A stretch of DNA of 64,000 nt from Candidatus Sulfomarinibacteraceae bacterium (GTDB lineage Bacteria > Acidobacteriota > Thermoanaerobaculia > Thermoanaerobaculales > Sulfomarinibacteraceae), in assembly GCA_963796455.1 (NCBI GenBank), contig CAWCLO010000010.1, forward strand, positions 96,001 through 160,000. Reading direction: 5' to 3'. Positions 54,980 through 64,000 of the stretch are shown here, in pieces (position 1 is the first letter of the stretch; every line of letters starts with the position of its first letter). The position numbers and the translations under genes are program-made. The notes under the pieces were generated by a model. That model had not been told where the DNA came from. It worked only from the letters and a program-made list of their open reading frames with translations, and made no database searches.

Positions 54980-56275
54980 ATGACCGGAATCAACAAAATG
55001 ACCCTCGTCGGCCTCGCGGTGATTTTTCTCTGCGTCGGCGCCGCGAGCGCCCAGGACGAGCTCTACCTCGAAATCACCCAGCCCGGGCTGCGACGGGTCG
55101 CGGTGGCGACGCCGCCGCTGATGGTGCTTCCTGGAACCCCAACCGAGTCGGCACGAGAGTTTCAGGAAACCCTGGACAACGACCTTGCTGCAGCGGCTCC
55201 GGTCGCAATCGTCGATCCTCGTCTTTATTCGCTGATCGAGGACGACCCCCGTCCCGAGGTTCTGAATCAGCGCTGGCGGGCCATCGGCGCCCAGTTTCTG
55301 CTCAGCGGGACCGTGGTTCGCGCCGGAGGCCAACTGGTCGTCGAAGCGCGCCTGGTGGATCTGGTCTCGGGCGAGTTTGCATTTGCAAAAAGATACCGCT
55401 CGGGCATCGACGCTTCGGCTGTTGTTGCGCACACTCTCGCCAACGACATCGTCCAGGTCTTTACCGGGCGTCCAGGGCCTTTCCTGTCGCGCCTCGGTTT
55501 CATCTCCGACCGTGTGGGCGAGTCCGAACTCTGGGTCATGGACTGGGACGGCGCGAACCCGAAACAGCTCACCAAACACAACACCATCGCGCTCGCACCG
55601 GCGTGGTCCCCCGACGGACGCCAGATCGTTTTCACCTCCTTCCTGCGCGGCACTCCCGCCCTCTTCGTTCTGACCCCCCACGAGGGCTATCTTCGGATGA
55701 TCTGGGACAAGGGCGGCGTCAATTCGTCGGCCAGTTTTTCGCCAGATGGTTCAAGGATCGCCTTCGCGTCGTCGGTCGACGGAAACACCGACATCTACGT
55801 GATGCCGCTTGAGGGTGGCACCGCGCGGAGGCTGACGAACGCCAGGGGCATCGACACCCAACCGGCGTGGGCTCCAAACGGCCGCCAGATCGCATTCACC
55901 TCGACCCGTTCGGGCACACCGCAGATCTATCTGATGGACGCCGACGGTTCGAATGTCCGGCGGCTCAGTTTTGAAGGTGGTTTTCACGACGAGGCGACCT
56001 GGGCCCCCGACGGGACCCGTGTTGCCTGCACAACCAAGGTCGGCAGCAAGTTCCAGATCGCCACCATCGATACGATCACCGGCGACAAGACCGTCATCCC
56101 CGGCCCTGGTAACAACGAATCACCGTGCTTTTCTCCCGACGGTTCGATGCTTGCTTTCGCTTCAGACCGTACCGGTTCTCCACAGATTTTCATCACCGAC
56201 GCCGATGGGGTTCCGCACCAATTGACCAGCGAAGGCAAGAACCACTCACCGACGTGGACGGCGGCGTCGAAGTAG
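54980..56275 (+). CDS. tolB: TolB beta-propeller protein
   Basis: TolB N-domain plus PD40 repeats (PAWSPDG, FSPDG). Confidence 0.9.
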   Translation: MTGINKMTLVGLAVIFLCVGAASAQDELYLEITQPGLRRVAVATPPLMVLPGTPTESAREFQETLDNDLAAAAPVAIVDPRLYSLIEDDPRPEVLNQRWRAIGAQFLLSGTVVRAGGQLVVEARLVDLVSGEFAFAKRYRSGIDASAVVAHTLANDIVQVFTGRPGPFLSRLGFISDRVGESELWVMDWDGANPKQLTKHNTIALAPAWSPDGRQIVFTSFLRGTPALFVLTPHEGYLRMIWDKGGVNSSASFSPDGSRIAFASSVDGNTDIYVMPLEGGTARRLTNARGIDTQPAWAPNGRQIAFTSTRSGTPQIYLMDADGSNVRRLSFEGGFHDEATWAPDGTRVACTTKVGSKFQIATIDTITGDKTVIPGPGNNESPCFSPDGSMLAFASDRTGSPQIFITDADGVPHQLTSEGKNHSPTWTAASK

Positions 56276-56314
56276 AGAGCCTCCATACTCGATGCTCGAT
56301 GCTCGATGCTGGAT

Positions 56315-57160
56315 CACTCTTGTCCAAGACAGAGTCTCGATAGCGTACAGGGACAGCGAGCAGGAGTCAGCGGCAGCGTTCAGTCACCAGCGTCAGCAAT
56401 CAGCGACCGGGGCGGCGACAGCGCCAGTGAAAAGCTCTCACTTCGTCGGGTTCAACAGTCGCCAGGTCATCGCACGGACTTGATCGAAGGCCTTCAGCGC
56501 ATCACGTGCGGCTGTCTGATTGATAGCCCCGCGGTGTGGGCGAGGAGCTTCAAGTAGCTGTCGACCTCTTTCGCCGAGGCGTATGCGATTCTCCAGTGGT
56601 TCCACCGGTCTCTACCGAGTCGGCCGTGACCTTCTGCCAGGTTCGCAGGGACTGAACTTGCCGACCGGATCACCTGATCGGCTATGGATTTCAGCGGAGC
56701 TGGAACCCTCATCACGAGCTTGATCGCAATTCCTGCTGCCTCGAGGGTTTTCGAGTGGGCAACGAGGTTGGTGTTCGTGGCGGCGTTGGACCTGGTCACC
56801 TCCGGGTCGTTCATGCCCATACCCACAAGCCGGTGAGGCGGCCGATGTCAAGGATGCCCTGCACCCTGCCTGTCCTTGACATCGGCTGCCCACCGGCTAC
56901 CCGTTTTGTTGAACGACCCGGAGGTGGCCATTTCGCCGACTGGACTGCTGATCGCTGCCGCTGATCACTGATCGCTGATCACTGATCGCTGTTCCCTGTT
57001 CGCTGTCCCTGTTCGCTGTTGCCTGTCGCTGCCGCTGCAATTCGGGCACGGACACGGACGCGGACTCGGGCACGGGACACCGCAAACTCGATATACCAAA
57101 AACCAACCTGTAAGCCTCGTTGTGTCAGGTGGGTGACTTCAAATGACGATTTGTTTTGGA
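56315..57160 (-). mobile_element. Foldback element copy B with a degraded four-helix-bundle gene
   Basis: Inverted homolog of 24467-25280, with leader hairpin at 56794-56929. Confidence 0.7.
56438..56793 (-). pseudogene. Four-helix bundle protein pseudogene
   Basis: Close paralog of 24787-25140. The start ATG is changed to AGG and a 2-nt insertion lies near 56535 (356 nt versus 354 nt). Confidence 0.8.
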
Positions 57161-57313
57161 TCGCAGGGCTGCTGGATGCGCAAATTTCCGGAATCTTCCG
57201 TATGCTATGTACATGCCGGGTGGATGGGTGGATCCAGCATCTAGGATCCAGCATCGGGCAAAATCATAGACCGATCTTCGGCAGCTCACCTCGATTCAGC
57301 AGGGAGACTCACC

Positions 57314-57754
57314 ATGAGTGACCGCAAATACAGCCATCGTGGCTATCAGGATGACGATCGGGATCGCGAGCCGCAAAAGAAACGCGAACGCCCGAAGACA
57401 GACGGCGTCCGCCGCTATGACAGCGCACCGCGTGGGCGGGGCCTGGGGGCGCCGACCAAGGTTTCCTTCAAGTGTGCACGCTGCGGTCACGAATTGGCGG
57501 ACCCGAAGATCACCACCGACACGATGTGCTCATCCTGCGGCTCCGCCCTCCACTCGTGCTCCAATTGCACCTTCTTCAATACGGGATCGCGTTTCGAGTG
57601 CCAAAAGCCGATCGCCAAACGGGTCGAGAGCAAGACCAAGGTCAATCCGTGCAAATTCTTCAAACCCAAAGCGGTTCGCGATCTCAAGGTCGAGACACCC
57701 GGAGTCTCGTCGCACGATCCGCGCGCGGCCTTTGACGCCTTGTTCAAGAAGTAG
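57314..57754 (+). CDS. Hypothetical Cys-rich (multi-CxxC) zinc-binding protein
   Basis: CARC, CSSC and CSNC plus further Cys. SD GGGAG upstream. Confidence 0.75.
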   Translation: MSDRKYSHRGYQDDDRDREPQKKRERPKTDGVRRYDSAPRGRGLGAPTKVSFKCARCGHELADPKITTDTMCSSCGSALHSCSNCTFFNTGSRFECQKPIAKRVESKTKVNPCKFFKPKAVRDLKVETPGVSSHDPRAAFDALFKK

Positions 57755-57875
57755 CTTGTGAGGCCATGATCGGTCGCTCCGCTCCCTGGCTATGAGGCGA
57801 CGAGGAGTTTTCGCTGCACCAGGTTGTCTCAGAGCCTCATCGCTCCATAGCCTCACTCGCCCTATAACCCCAAAC

Positions 57876-59177
57876 CTACTCCTTCGATGACCCTGCTGTG
57901 ATGGTCTCCAACCCATGCGCGTTCGGTCCGGTTTCTTCCTTCCGCAACATGACGGCGAAGAAGAGGGCGAAGAAACCGAGAATACTGAACGCCCACATTC
58001 CCGGGATATGGCCGGCGGGGTTCTCCCCACTCGCCTGGTAGTGGTCATTCAAGAAACCGATGAGCAGCGGCATGCCCATGACGCCGAGTTGCTGGATCAG
58101 GGTCATGAGGGCATAGGCGGTTCCGAGCCGTTTCTCATCGACGATGTAGGCCACCGAGGGCCACATCACCGCGGGAATCAGCGAAAAGGCGATCCCCATC
58201 ATCGCCACGGGGACCGCAAGGGGCGTGATCTGGTAGGCCATCATCAAAAAGACCGGCATCATCAAGAATGAACCGAAGACCATGAAGAGCGAACGTTTAC
58301 CCACCTTGTCCACCAACAGCCCGAAGAGGGGGGTCGCGATCATGGCCGCCAGCGGCAGCACGCTGTTGTACTGACCCGCCACACCACGGGTCAGCTCCCA
58401 GGCCTCCATGAAGAACTTGATGGAGAATCCCCGGAAGGGGAAGATGGCCGAGTAGAACGTCACGCACAACGCCACCACGAACCAGTACGACTTGGTGAAA
58501 CGGAAGAGATCCGAGAGCACCAGCTTATCGGTCTCACCGGCATCACCGAGACCATGGCGGCGGCTTGCGCGCACCTCGAGGAGGCCGTAGACGATCGCAG
58601 AAACCACGACCAGGATTCCGATCGCTGCAGCGATGATCAGCGGGCTGCGCCAGCCCGTGAAGGCCGACGGGACCCAGGTCGGCATCAGGTCGGCCGAAAA
58701 CGAACCCAGACGGGCGATGGTCAGATTGATTCCAAAGGCGAATCCGAGCTCCCGCCCTTTGAACCACTTGGCCAGTGCGCAGGTGATCGCCACGATCAGG
58801 GGCTCGGAACCAAGGCCCAGGAGGAAGCGGGCGCCCACCATGACCCAGAAATCGGAGGTCACAGCCATCAGGATCCCGGCAAAGGTACAGATACCGCCAA
58901 AAACGATGGTTGACTTGACGGTGCCGTATTTGTCGATGATCACGCCGCCGAGCAACAGGACGATGACCGCCGCAAGACTGTAGACCGAGAACAGCATGCC
59001 GTAGTTCGCGTCGCTGAAACCGAGTTCCGACTTCAACAGATCGGCGATAGGTGCGATGGAATCGTAGACATAATAATTGGCGAACATGGCCAAACTGATC
59101 ACAATCAGTACGACCCACCGATACATGGGCGAAGGCTGGGAGGCCATGTCCTGGGAATTCACGTTGTTTTCGTTCAT
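57876..59177 (-). CDS. MFS transporter
   Basis: GGVIIDKYG, ARFLLGLG and GLLVDKVGKR motifs; about 12 TM helices. Confidence 0.9.
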   Translation of the reverse strand: MNENNVNSQDMASQPSPMYRWVVLIVISLAMFANYYVYDSIAPIADLLKSELGFSDANYGMLFSVYSLAAVIVLLLGGVIIDKYGTVKSTIVFGGICTFAGILMAVTSDFWVMVGARFLLGLGSEPLIVAITCALAKWFKGRELGFAFGINLTIARLGSFSADLMPTWVPSAFTGWRSPLIIAAAIGILVVVSAIVYGLLEVRASRRHGLGDAGETDKLVLSDLFRFTKSYWFVVALCVTFYSAIFPFRGFSIKFFMEAWELTRGVAGQYNSVLPLAAMIATPLFGLLVDKVGKRSLFMVFGSFLMMPVFLMMAYQITPLAVPVAMMGIAFSLIPAVMWPSVAYIVDEKRLGTAYALMTLIQQLGVMGMPLLIGFLNDHYQASGENPAGHIPGMWAFSILGFFALFFAVMLRKEETGPNAHGLETITAGSSKE

Positions 59178-59310
59178 CGAGCGCTCCTTTTGACTCAACG
59201 TTGACACAGCATAGTCGAGCCGCCGGAAGTTTAGATCGCTACTTGGTGTTATACTGGTTCGACCTACCCGTGGCGCCAAGGCGACCGCGGTCGCCGGAGG
59301 ATCCCCCAAT

Positions 59311-60162
59311 TTGCTGACCCGAAGACGTTTCTTGAAGAGTGCCTCTCTGACTGCAGCCAGTTCGCTCGGTTTCGCCGGCTACGGATTTTCGAATGCGCTC
59401 GACATGCCCGGTGTGCGCCGCCAACGCCTCGACCTGCCGAACCTTCCCCAGGATTGGGACGGTCTGCGAATCGTGCAGATCTCCGATGTCCACGCGGGCC
59501 CGTATATGGATTCCGAACGGATGTCACGACTGCGGGACATGGCTCACAACCTGAAGCCCGACCTCATCGTCTTCACCGGCGATCAGATGGATCGCCGGCC
59601 GTCGGACGCCGAGCTCTTCGTGCGCGGTTTCGAAGGCATCACGGCACCGATGGGTGTGTGGGGCATCCTCGGAAACCACGATCATTTCTTCGATCCGAAA
59701 AAGAGTGAATGGGCGCTCGAGGCGGCAGGAATCAAACCACTGATCAACGAAGGCGTTGTATTCGAGCGCAACGGCGCGGAGCTGGCTATTGTGGGCGTCG
59801 AAGATCTCCACGCGAGTGCGGGTCGCGAGCCCGACTTTTCGGTCCTCAATCGATACCCGACCGCTTTCCGGGTCTGCCTCTGTCATCAGCCGAACGGCTG
59901 GCATCGGGCCGCCGAAGCAGGCGCCCATCTGACCCTGGCCGGCCACACCCATGGCGGTCAGATCGCACTCACCGGCCGCAATATCAACGTGGCGCGTTTC
60001 AACACCCGCTACATCGCCGGACCCTACCGTCGTGAAGAGGCATTTCTCTACGTGTCGCGAGGAGTCGGTGTTGGTGCTGTCCCTGTCAGAGTCGGCGCGC
60101 CGCCGGAGATCGATGTGCTGACTCTCAGAAGCCCGGCGGCGAGCGCAACGGCCGTCGCGTAG
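59311..60162 (+). CDS. Tat-exported metallophosphoesterase
   Basis: TRRRFLK, DVH, GD, GNHD and GHTHGGQ. Confidence 0.9.
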   Translation: MLTRRRFLKSASLTAASSLGFAGYGFSNALDMPGVRRQRLDLPNLPQDWDGLRIVQISDVHAGPYMDSERMSRLRDMAHNLKPDLIVFTGDQMDRRPSDAELFVRGFEGITAPMGVWGILGNHDHFFDPKKSEWALEAAGIKPLINEGVVFERNGAELAIVGVEDLHASAGREPDFSVLNRYPTAFRVCLCHQPNGWHRAAEAGAHLTLAGHTHGGQIALTGRNINVARFNTRYIAGPYRREEAFLYVSRGVGVGAVPVRVGAPPEIDVLTLRSPAASATAVA

Positions 60163-60232
60163 ATCTTCCAAAAAGCACAACTCGTTGCCGGGCCCCATTA
60201 CCGCGAGCAGCCACCACATGCCGCCTGGACTA

Positions 60233-60348
60233 CTGACCGCCGCCGCTGAACACTGATCGCTGTTCTCTGTCGCTGCCGCTGTTCACTGACTCCTGTTCGC
60301 TGACGCTGCCCCTGAAAGCTGCCCGAGACCCTGTCTTGAACAAGAGTG
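60233..60348 (+). repeat. Foldback element copy D: solo right arm plus terminal motif
   Basis: CTGACTCCTGTTCGCTGACGCTG shared with copy A. Terminal motif at 60325-60348. Confidence 0.65.
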
Positions 60349-60387
60349 TTCCTCATTCCTCATTCGTTTGCCTGCTAAGCTCGGTCC

Positions 60388-61932
60388 GTGGACCCAAAGA
60401 CTGAAATACTCACCAAGGGCATCCTCAGCCTGATTGCACTGGCAGTCATCGCCTGGCGCCACCGGCCTGCGAACAAACTCGCACCCGAACGCGCCGGCCA
60501 ACTACTCGGTCTGATGGCCGTGATCGCGGTCCTGGCCTACACCAATTTCGGGCAATTCCACGGTCGGTCCGGGATCCACCACTGGGAGCAGTTCCACTAT
60601 TTTCTGGGCTCGAAATATTTTCCCGAGCTCCGCTATGACGGCCTTTACGTCGCCTCCCTCGCGGCGGAACGGGATATCGATCGAGGCCGTGAGCCCCAAC
60701 GTTACATGCGGGACCTCCGGACCAACGAGGTTGTTCGAACAGCCCTCTTGACTGGTCACGAACGCGAGGTCCGCGACCGATTCAGCGCCGACCGCTGGCA
60801 GGCTTTCGTTACCGACGTCGGGTATTTCCTCGAATCCAACGACTCCAACTACATCAGTCGAATCCGGAAGGACCACGGTTACAACCCCACCCCGACATGG
60901 ACCTTCACGGCGCGGCTTTTTTCGCGATGGCTCGTGGCTGGTGACACATCACTCAGCGCCCTGGCGTGGCTCGATCCGCTGCTGCTCGCGCTGCTCTTCG
61001 CCACGATCTTCCGCACCTATGGAGCCCGGGTGGGATGTCTTTCATTGATTGTATTCGGGCTCGGATACCCATGGAGATTCGACTGGATCGGTGGCGCCTT
61101 TCTGCGTCAGGATTGGTTGGCGGCGGTTGCCGTCGCGATCTGCCTTCTGCATCAGAAACGACACGCCCCGGCGGGTGCATTATTGGCCTACGCAGCCATG
61201 GTCCGGGTCTTTCCCGCCACCTTCCTGATCGGCGCAACGGTGCTCGGTTTGGCCGCCCTTGCCAAACGACAAACGCTCAGCAAATTCAGGCACATCGCGG
61301 CAGGCTTTGCCGGAGGCATCGTGATCTGCCTGCTGGCAGGCTCCATGATCGGCGCCGGGCCGTCCGCCTGGGGCGAATTTCGGACCAATCTCGAAAAACA
61401 CCATGGCACCTGGTTGACCAACAACGTCGGTCTGAAGAACACCATGCTCTATGACGGCGCCACCATGCGTCGGGACGATGTGGATTTCCGACTGCCCGAG
61501 CCCTGGCTCCACTGGCAAGAGAAAATGAACCGACTCGAGCGCGAGCGCCGGCCTCTGATCGCTGCGGTCTCCGCCCTGATGCTGGCGCTGGTGGTTCTCG
61601 CAGCCCGCCGCCAACGACTCGACCAGGCCTCGATCCTCGGAATTGTGGTGACCTTTTCTCTGGTGGTCCTGACCTCCTATTACTGGGTCATGCTGCTGCT
61701 GTTGCCGCTCGGGCGAGGGCGTTGGATGCCCACTACCGGGTGGTTGGCGATCAACACCGGGCTCTTCGGGCTCCACCTGGCGACGCCGTCCTTCGAGATG
61801 ATCTACGGCACCTTGTCCTGGGCGCTGACGATCTTTTTCATCGTCTGGCTCGCACCGGATGCGGTTGCGAGCGTCAGGGAACTGACCGACCGCACCGCCA
61901 CATCGAAGCCCTCTGCAAACCTGAAAGGGTGA
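60388..61932 (+). CDS. Multi-pass membrane protein, possibly a GT-C fold glycosyltransferase
   Basis: Many TM helices with a large loop and YNPTP. Function is inferred only. Confidence 0.6.
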   Translation: MDPKTEILTKGILSLIALAVIAWRHRPANKLAPERAGQLLGLMAVIAVLAYTNFGQFHGRSGIHHWEQFHYFLGSKYFPELRYDGLYVASLAAERDIDRGREPQRYMRDLRTNEVVRTALLTGHEREVRDRFSADRWQAFVTDVGYFLESNDSNYISRIRKDHGYNPTPTWTFTARLFSRWLVAGDTSLSALAWLDPLLLALLFATIFRTYGARVGCLSLIVFGLGYPWRFDWIGGAFLRQDWLAAVAVAICLLHQKRHAPAGALLAYAAMVRVFPATFLIGATVLGLAALAKRQTLSKFRHIAAGFAGGIVICLLAGSMIGAGPSAWGEFRTNLEKHHGTWLTNNVGLKNTMLYDGATMRRDDVDFRLPEPWLHWQEKMNRLERERRPLIAAVSALMLALVVLAARRQRLDQASILGIVVTFSLVVLTSYYWVMLLLLPLGRGRWMPTTGWLAINTGLFGLHLATPSFEMIYGTLSWALTIFFIVWLAPDAVASVRELTDRTATSKPSANLKG

Positions 61933-62055
61933 AAGGGCGCAAGGCGGATAAGGGAGCTTGAGTATTCGAGAGAATGGGAGGGTGAGCGGGTCTCCCCATC
62001 TCCCCATCTCCCCTTCTCCCTTTCTCCCTTTCTCCCTTTCTTTCTCGGGAACCAG

Positions 62056-62528
62056 CTACATCGGATACAGCCCGCTGTCCGCGTCGGCGGGGCGCCGGCA
62101 AAACCGCCGCCTCCCGCGTCTCCCATCTCTGCTTCGATCGCATCGCCGAGCTCTTCCTCGACCTTCTCCGGATCCTCGCCGGCTTCGAGCCGCCGGATCA
62201 TCTCCTCCATCGCCGGTGTGACCTCTTCACCCGCGATATCGGTCATCCGCCGCACCGCAGCCGCCATCGCCTTGGGATCGTTTTCGTCCATATTCTCGAG
62301 CTCTGAGGCAAAGCGCATCATCTCCCGTTCCATCCGAGGGTCGTCCATCCCGGCGTCGTCGTCCATCGAGCCTTTGCCGGAAACCGCAACCCCAAAAGAC
62401 GAGGGCACCCGACCGAGATCAGAAGCGCCGCATTTCGGACAAACCGGCGTTTTTTCGGTTGCCACCTTGAAGGAGTGAAAACTGTAGATCTTGTTACAGG
62501 CTCGACACAGAAATTCATAGATCGGCAC
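62056..62528 (-). CDS. FmdB-like zinc-ribbon protein; apparent frameshift near 62083
   Basis: (M)PIYEFLC..C...CPKCG. Adding one G gives a plausible end TRDSGLYPM-stop. Confidence 0.75.
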
Positions 62529-63843
62529 GAGTGCCTCCGTCGTCGCCGTTTTCGCCCCATCGATCGACCTGGTAGGGAACGAGCCCGGCCTTCTGCAGGG
62601 ATTTCGAATCAACCCTCATCGCCAGTTCCAGCGTCTCCTCATCGAATCGTCGCGCCACCTGATGCGGTAGGCCAACCGCCCGCCGCACCATCTCGGCCTC
62701 CTCCAGCGGAACCCGAAGAATGGCGACATCAGGATTCGAGAGCACCCGCCGGCGAATGACCGCCTTGAGATCATTGACGCCTTTTCCGGTCACCGCGGAG
62801 ACCGAAACGGTCCCCCCGAAGCCAAGACCCGCGATCCGGTGGACCCCACCCACGAGATCGATCTTGTTGCGGACCACCAGGACCCGATCGCGTTCGACAT
62901 CGAGCCCATCGAGGACCTCATGGCCGATTCGAAGATGCTCTTCCCATGCGGGATGAGACGCGTCCACCACATGCAGCACGAGATCGGCCACCACCGCCTC
63001 CTCGAGAGTCGATCGAAAAGGCGCCACGAGATCGTGTGGAAGCTTGCGTATGAAACCCACCGTGTCGGTGAGCACGGCCGTGATCTCCTCGCCGAGGGCC
63101 ACCCGCCGTGCCCGTGGGTCGAGGGTCGCAAAGAGCCGATCTTCCACCAGCACATCGGCCCTGGTCAGACGGCGAAAAAGAGACGACTTACCGGCATTGG
63201 TATAACCGACGATGGCAACCGAAGAGATATCGTCACGCCGTTCGCGCCGCAACCGCCGGTCTCTCTCGATGACCTCCAACTTGCCACGCAGTTGCGCCAT
63301 GCGTTTGGAGATCAACCGCCGGTCGATCTCGAGCTGTGTTTCGCCGACACCCCGGGTTCCGATGCCCCCGTTTTGACGAGAGAGGTGGCTCCAACGCCGG
63401 GTGAGCCGGGGCATGAGATAGCCGAGCTGGGCAAGCTCGACCTGGGTCTGCGACTCGCGGCTGCGGGCGTGCTGGGCGAATATGTCGAGGATCACCGCCG
63501 CGCGGTCGAGAACCTTGACCGTCTTCGGCACCTCGCCCTCGATATTGCGAACCTGCGACCCGGTGAGATCTTCGTCAAATACCAACGAATCGATCTCTTC
63601 ATCCTCGCAGCGGTCGGCGAGGCGATGAAGAAAGCCCTTCCCGACCAGCGTCGCAGGGCTGGGCTGCCGGCGCTCCTGGATTTCCCGGCCGATCACCTCG
63701 CCACCGGCGGTTTCGACCAGCCGTTCGAGCTCGTCGAGATGCTCCTCGACCACGTGGCGTGGCAGGCCGGGCAAAGCCAAACCGACCAGAAGCGTCCGTT
63801 CGCGCCGGTCTCTTTCGGGTTCGTATGCCGGTTTCGGAGTCAT
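62515..63843 (-). CDS. hflX: GTPase HflX
   Basis: GVGETQLEIDRR, GYTNAGKSS, LFATLD, DTVGFI and NKID. Confidence 0.96.
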   Translation of the reverse strand: MTPKPAYEPERDRRERTLLVGLALPGLPRHVVEEHLDELERLVETAGGEVIGREIQERRQPSPATLVGKGFLHRLADRCEDEEIDSLVFDEDLTGSQVRNIEGEVPKTVKVLDRAAVILDIFAQHARSRESQTQVELAQLGYLMPRLTRRWSHLSRQNGGIGTRGVGETQLEIDRRLISKRMAQLRGKLEVIERDRRLRRERRDDISSVAIVGYTNAGKSSLFRRLTRADVLVEDRLFATLDPRARRVALGEEITAVLTDTVGFIRKLPHDLVAPFRSTLEEAVVADLVLHVVDASHPAWEEHLRIGHEVLDGLDVERDRVLVVRNKIDLVGGVHRIAGLGFGGTVSVSAVTGKGVNDLKAVIRRRVLSNPDVAILRVPLEEAEMVRRAVGLPHQVARRFDEETLELAMRVDSKSLQKAGLVPYQVDRWGENGDDGGTRADL

Positions 63844-63846
63844 GGA

Positions 63847-64000
63847 CTAGGGGAGATCCTCCTGGTGCATCTTGAGGAGGACCTTTTCGCATGCGGCAAG
63901 CGTTTCGTCAATATCCTTGGCACCGTGGGTGCTCGAAAGAAAACCGGCCCGTCCCTGTTCTCTGGGAAACAAGATGCCGTCGTTCCGCAACGCACCGACC
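63847..64000 (-). CDS. C-terminus of a class III aminotransferase (HemL-like), partial
   Basis: GILFP...FLSSTHGAKDIDETLAA pattern. Confidence 0.55.
   Translation of the reverse strand, partial: VGALRNDGILFPREQGRAGFLSSTHGAKDIDETLAACEKVLLKMHQEDLP

Overview
A GC-rich bacterial chromosome segment. Gene content such as the GWxTD protein, the Oar-like TonB-dependent receptor and the expanded kinase-STAND-WD40 genes suggests Acidobacteriota, but this is inference only. From left to right: (1) three paralogous Ser/Thr kinase-STAND NTPase-TM-WD40 genes (the first 5'-truncated) interleaved with a TonB-dependent receptor; (2) an AAA/DUF4143 gene, a PIN fragment and an aeRF1-like gene; (3) a selenium operon (yedF-like, Cys/Sec desulfurase, DUF3343-selD); (4) trmH-like, an aminotransferase and pckA; (5) M1 peptidase, HU, a UGA-interrupted BCP peroxiredoxin that is probably a selenoprotein, mscS, mscL, DUF481 and a histidine kinase; (6) a TolC-MFP-RND-DUF2892-PII-like operon ending in an uncalled micro-ORF with UGA plus a SECIS-like hairpin; (7) a complete rRNA operon on the minus strand; (8) purN, PAP2, tRNA-Phe with a tRNA-derived structured element, tolQRAB, MFS, a metallophosphoesterase, a membrane protein, FmdB-like and hflX. 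The most unusual signals are these. A dispersed four-copy foldback element family carries a four-helix-bundle gene behind an RBS-sequestering hairpin and ends in a conserved 24-bp terminal hairpin. There is a candidate new Sec micropeptide, an NLR-like receptor-kinase array, and a tRNA-Phe-mimic element. Several single-base frameshifts in G runs probably reflect sequencing error.
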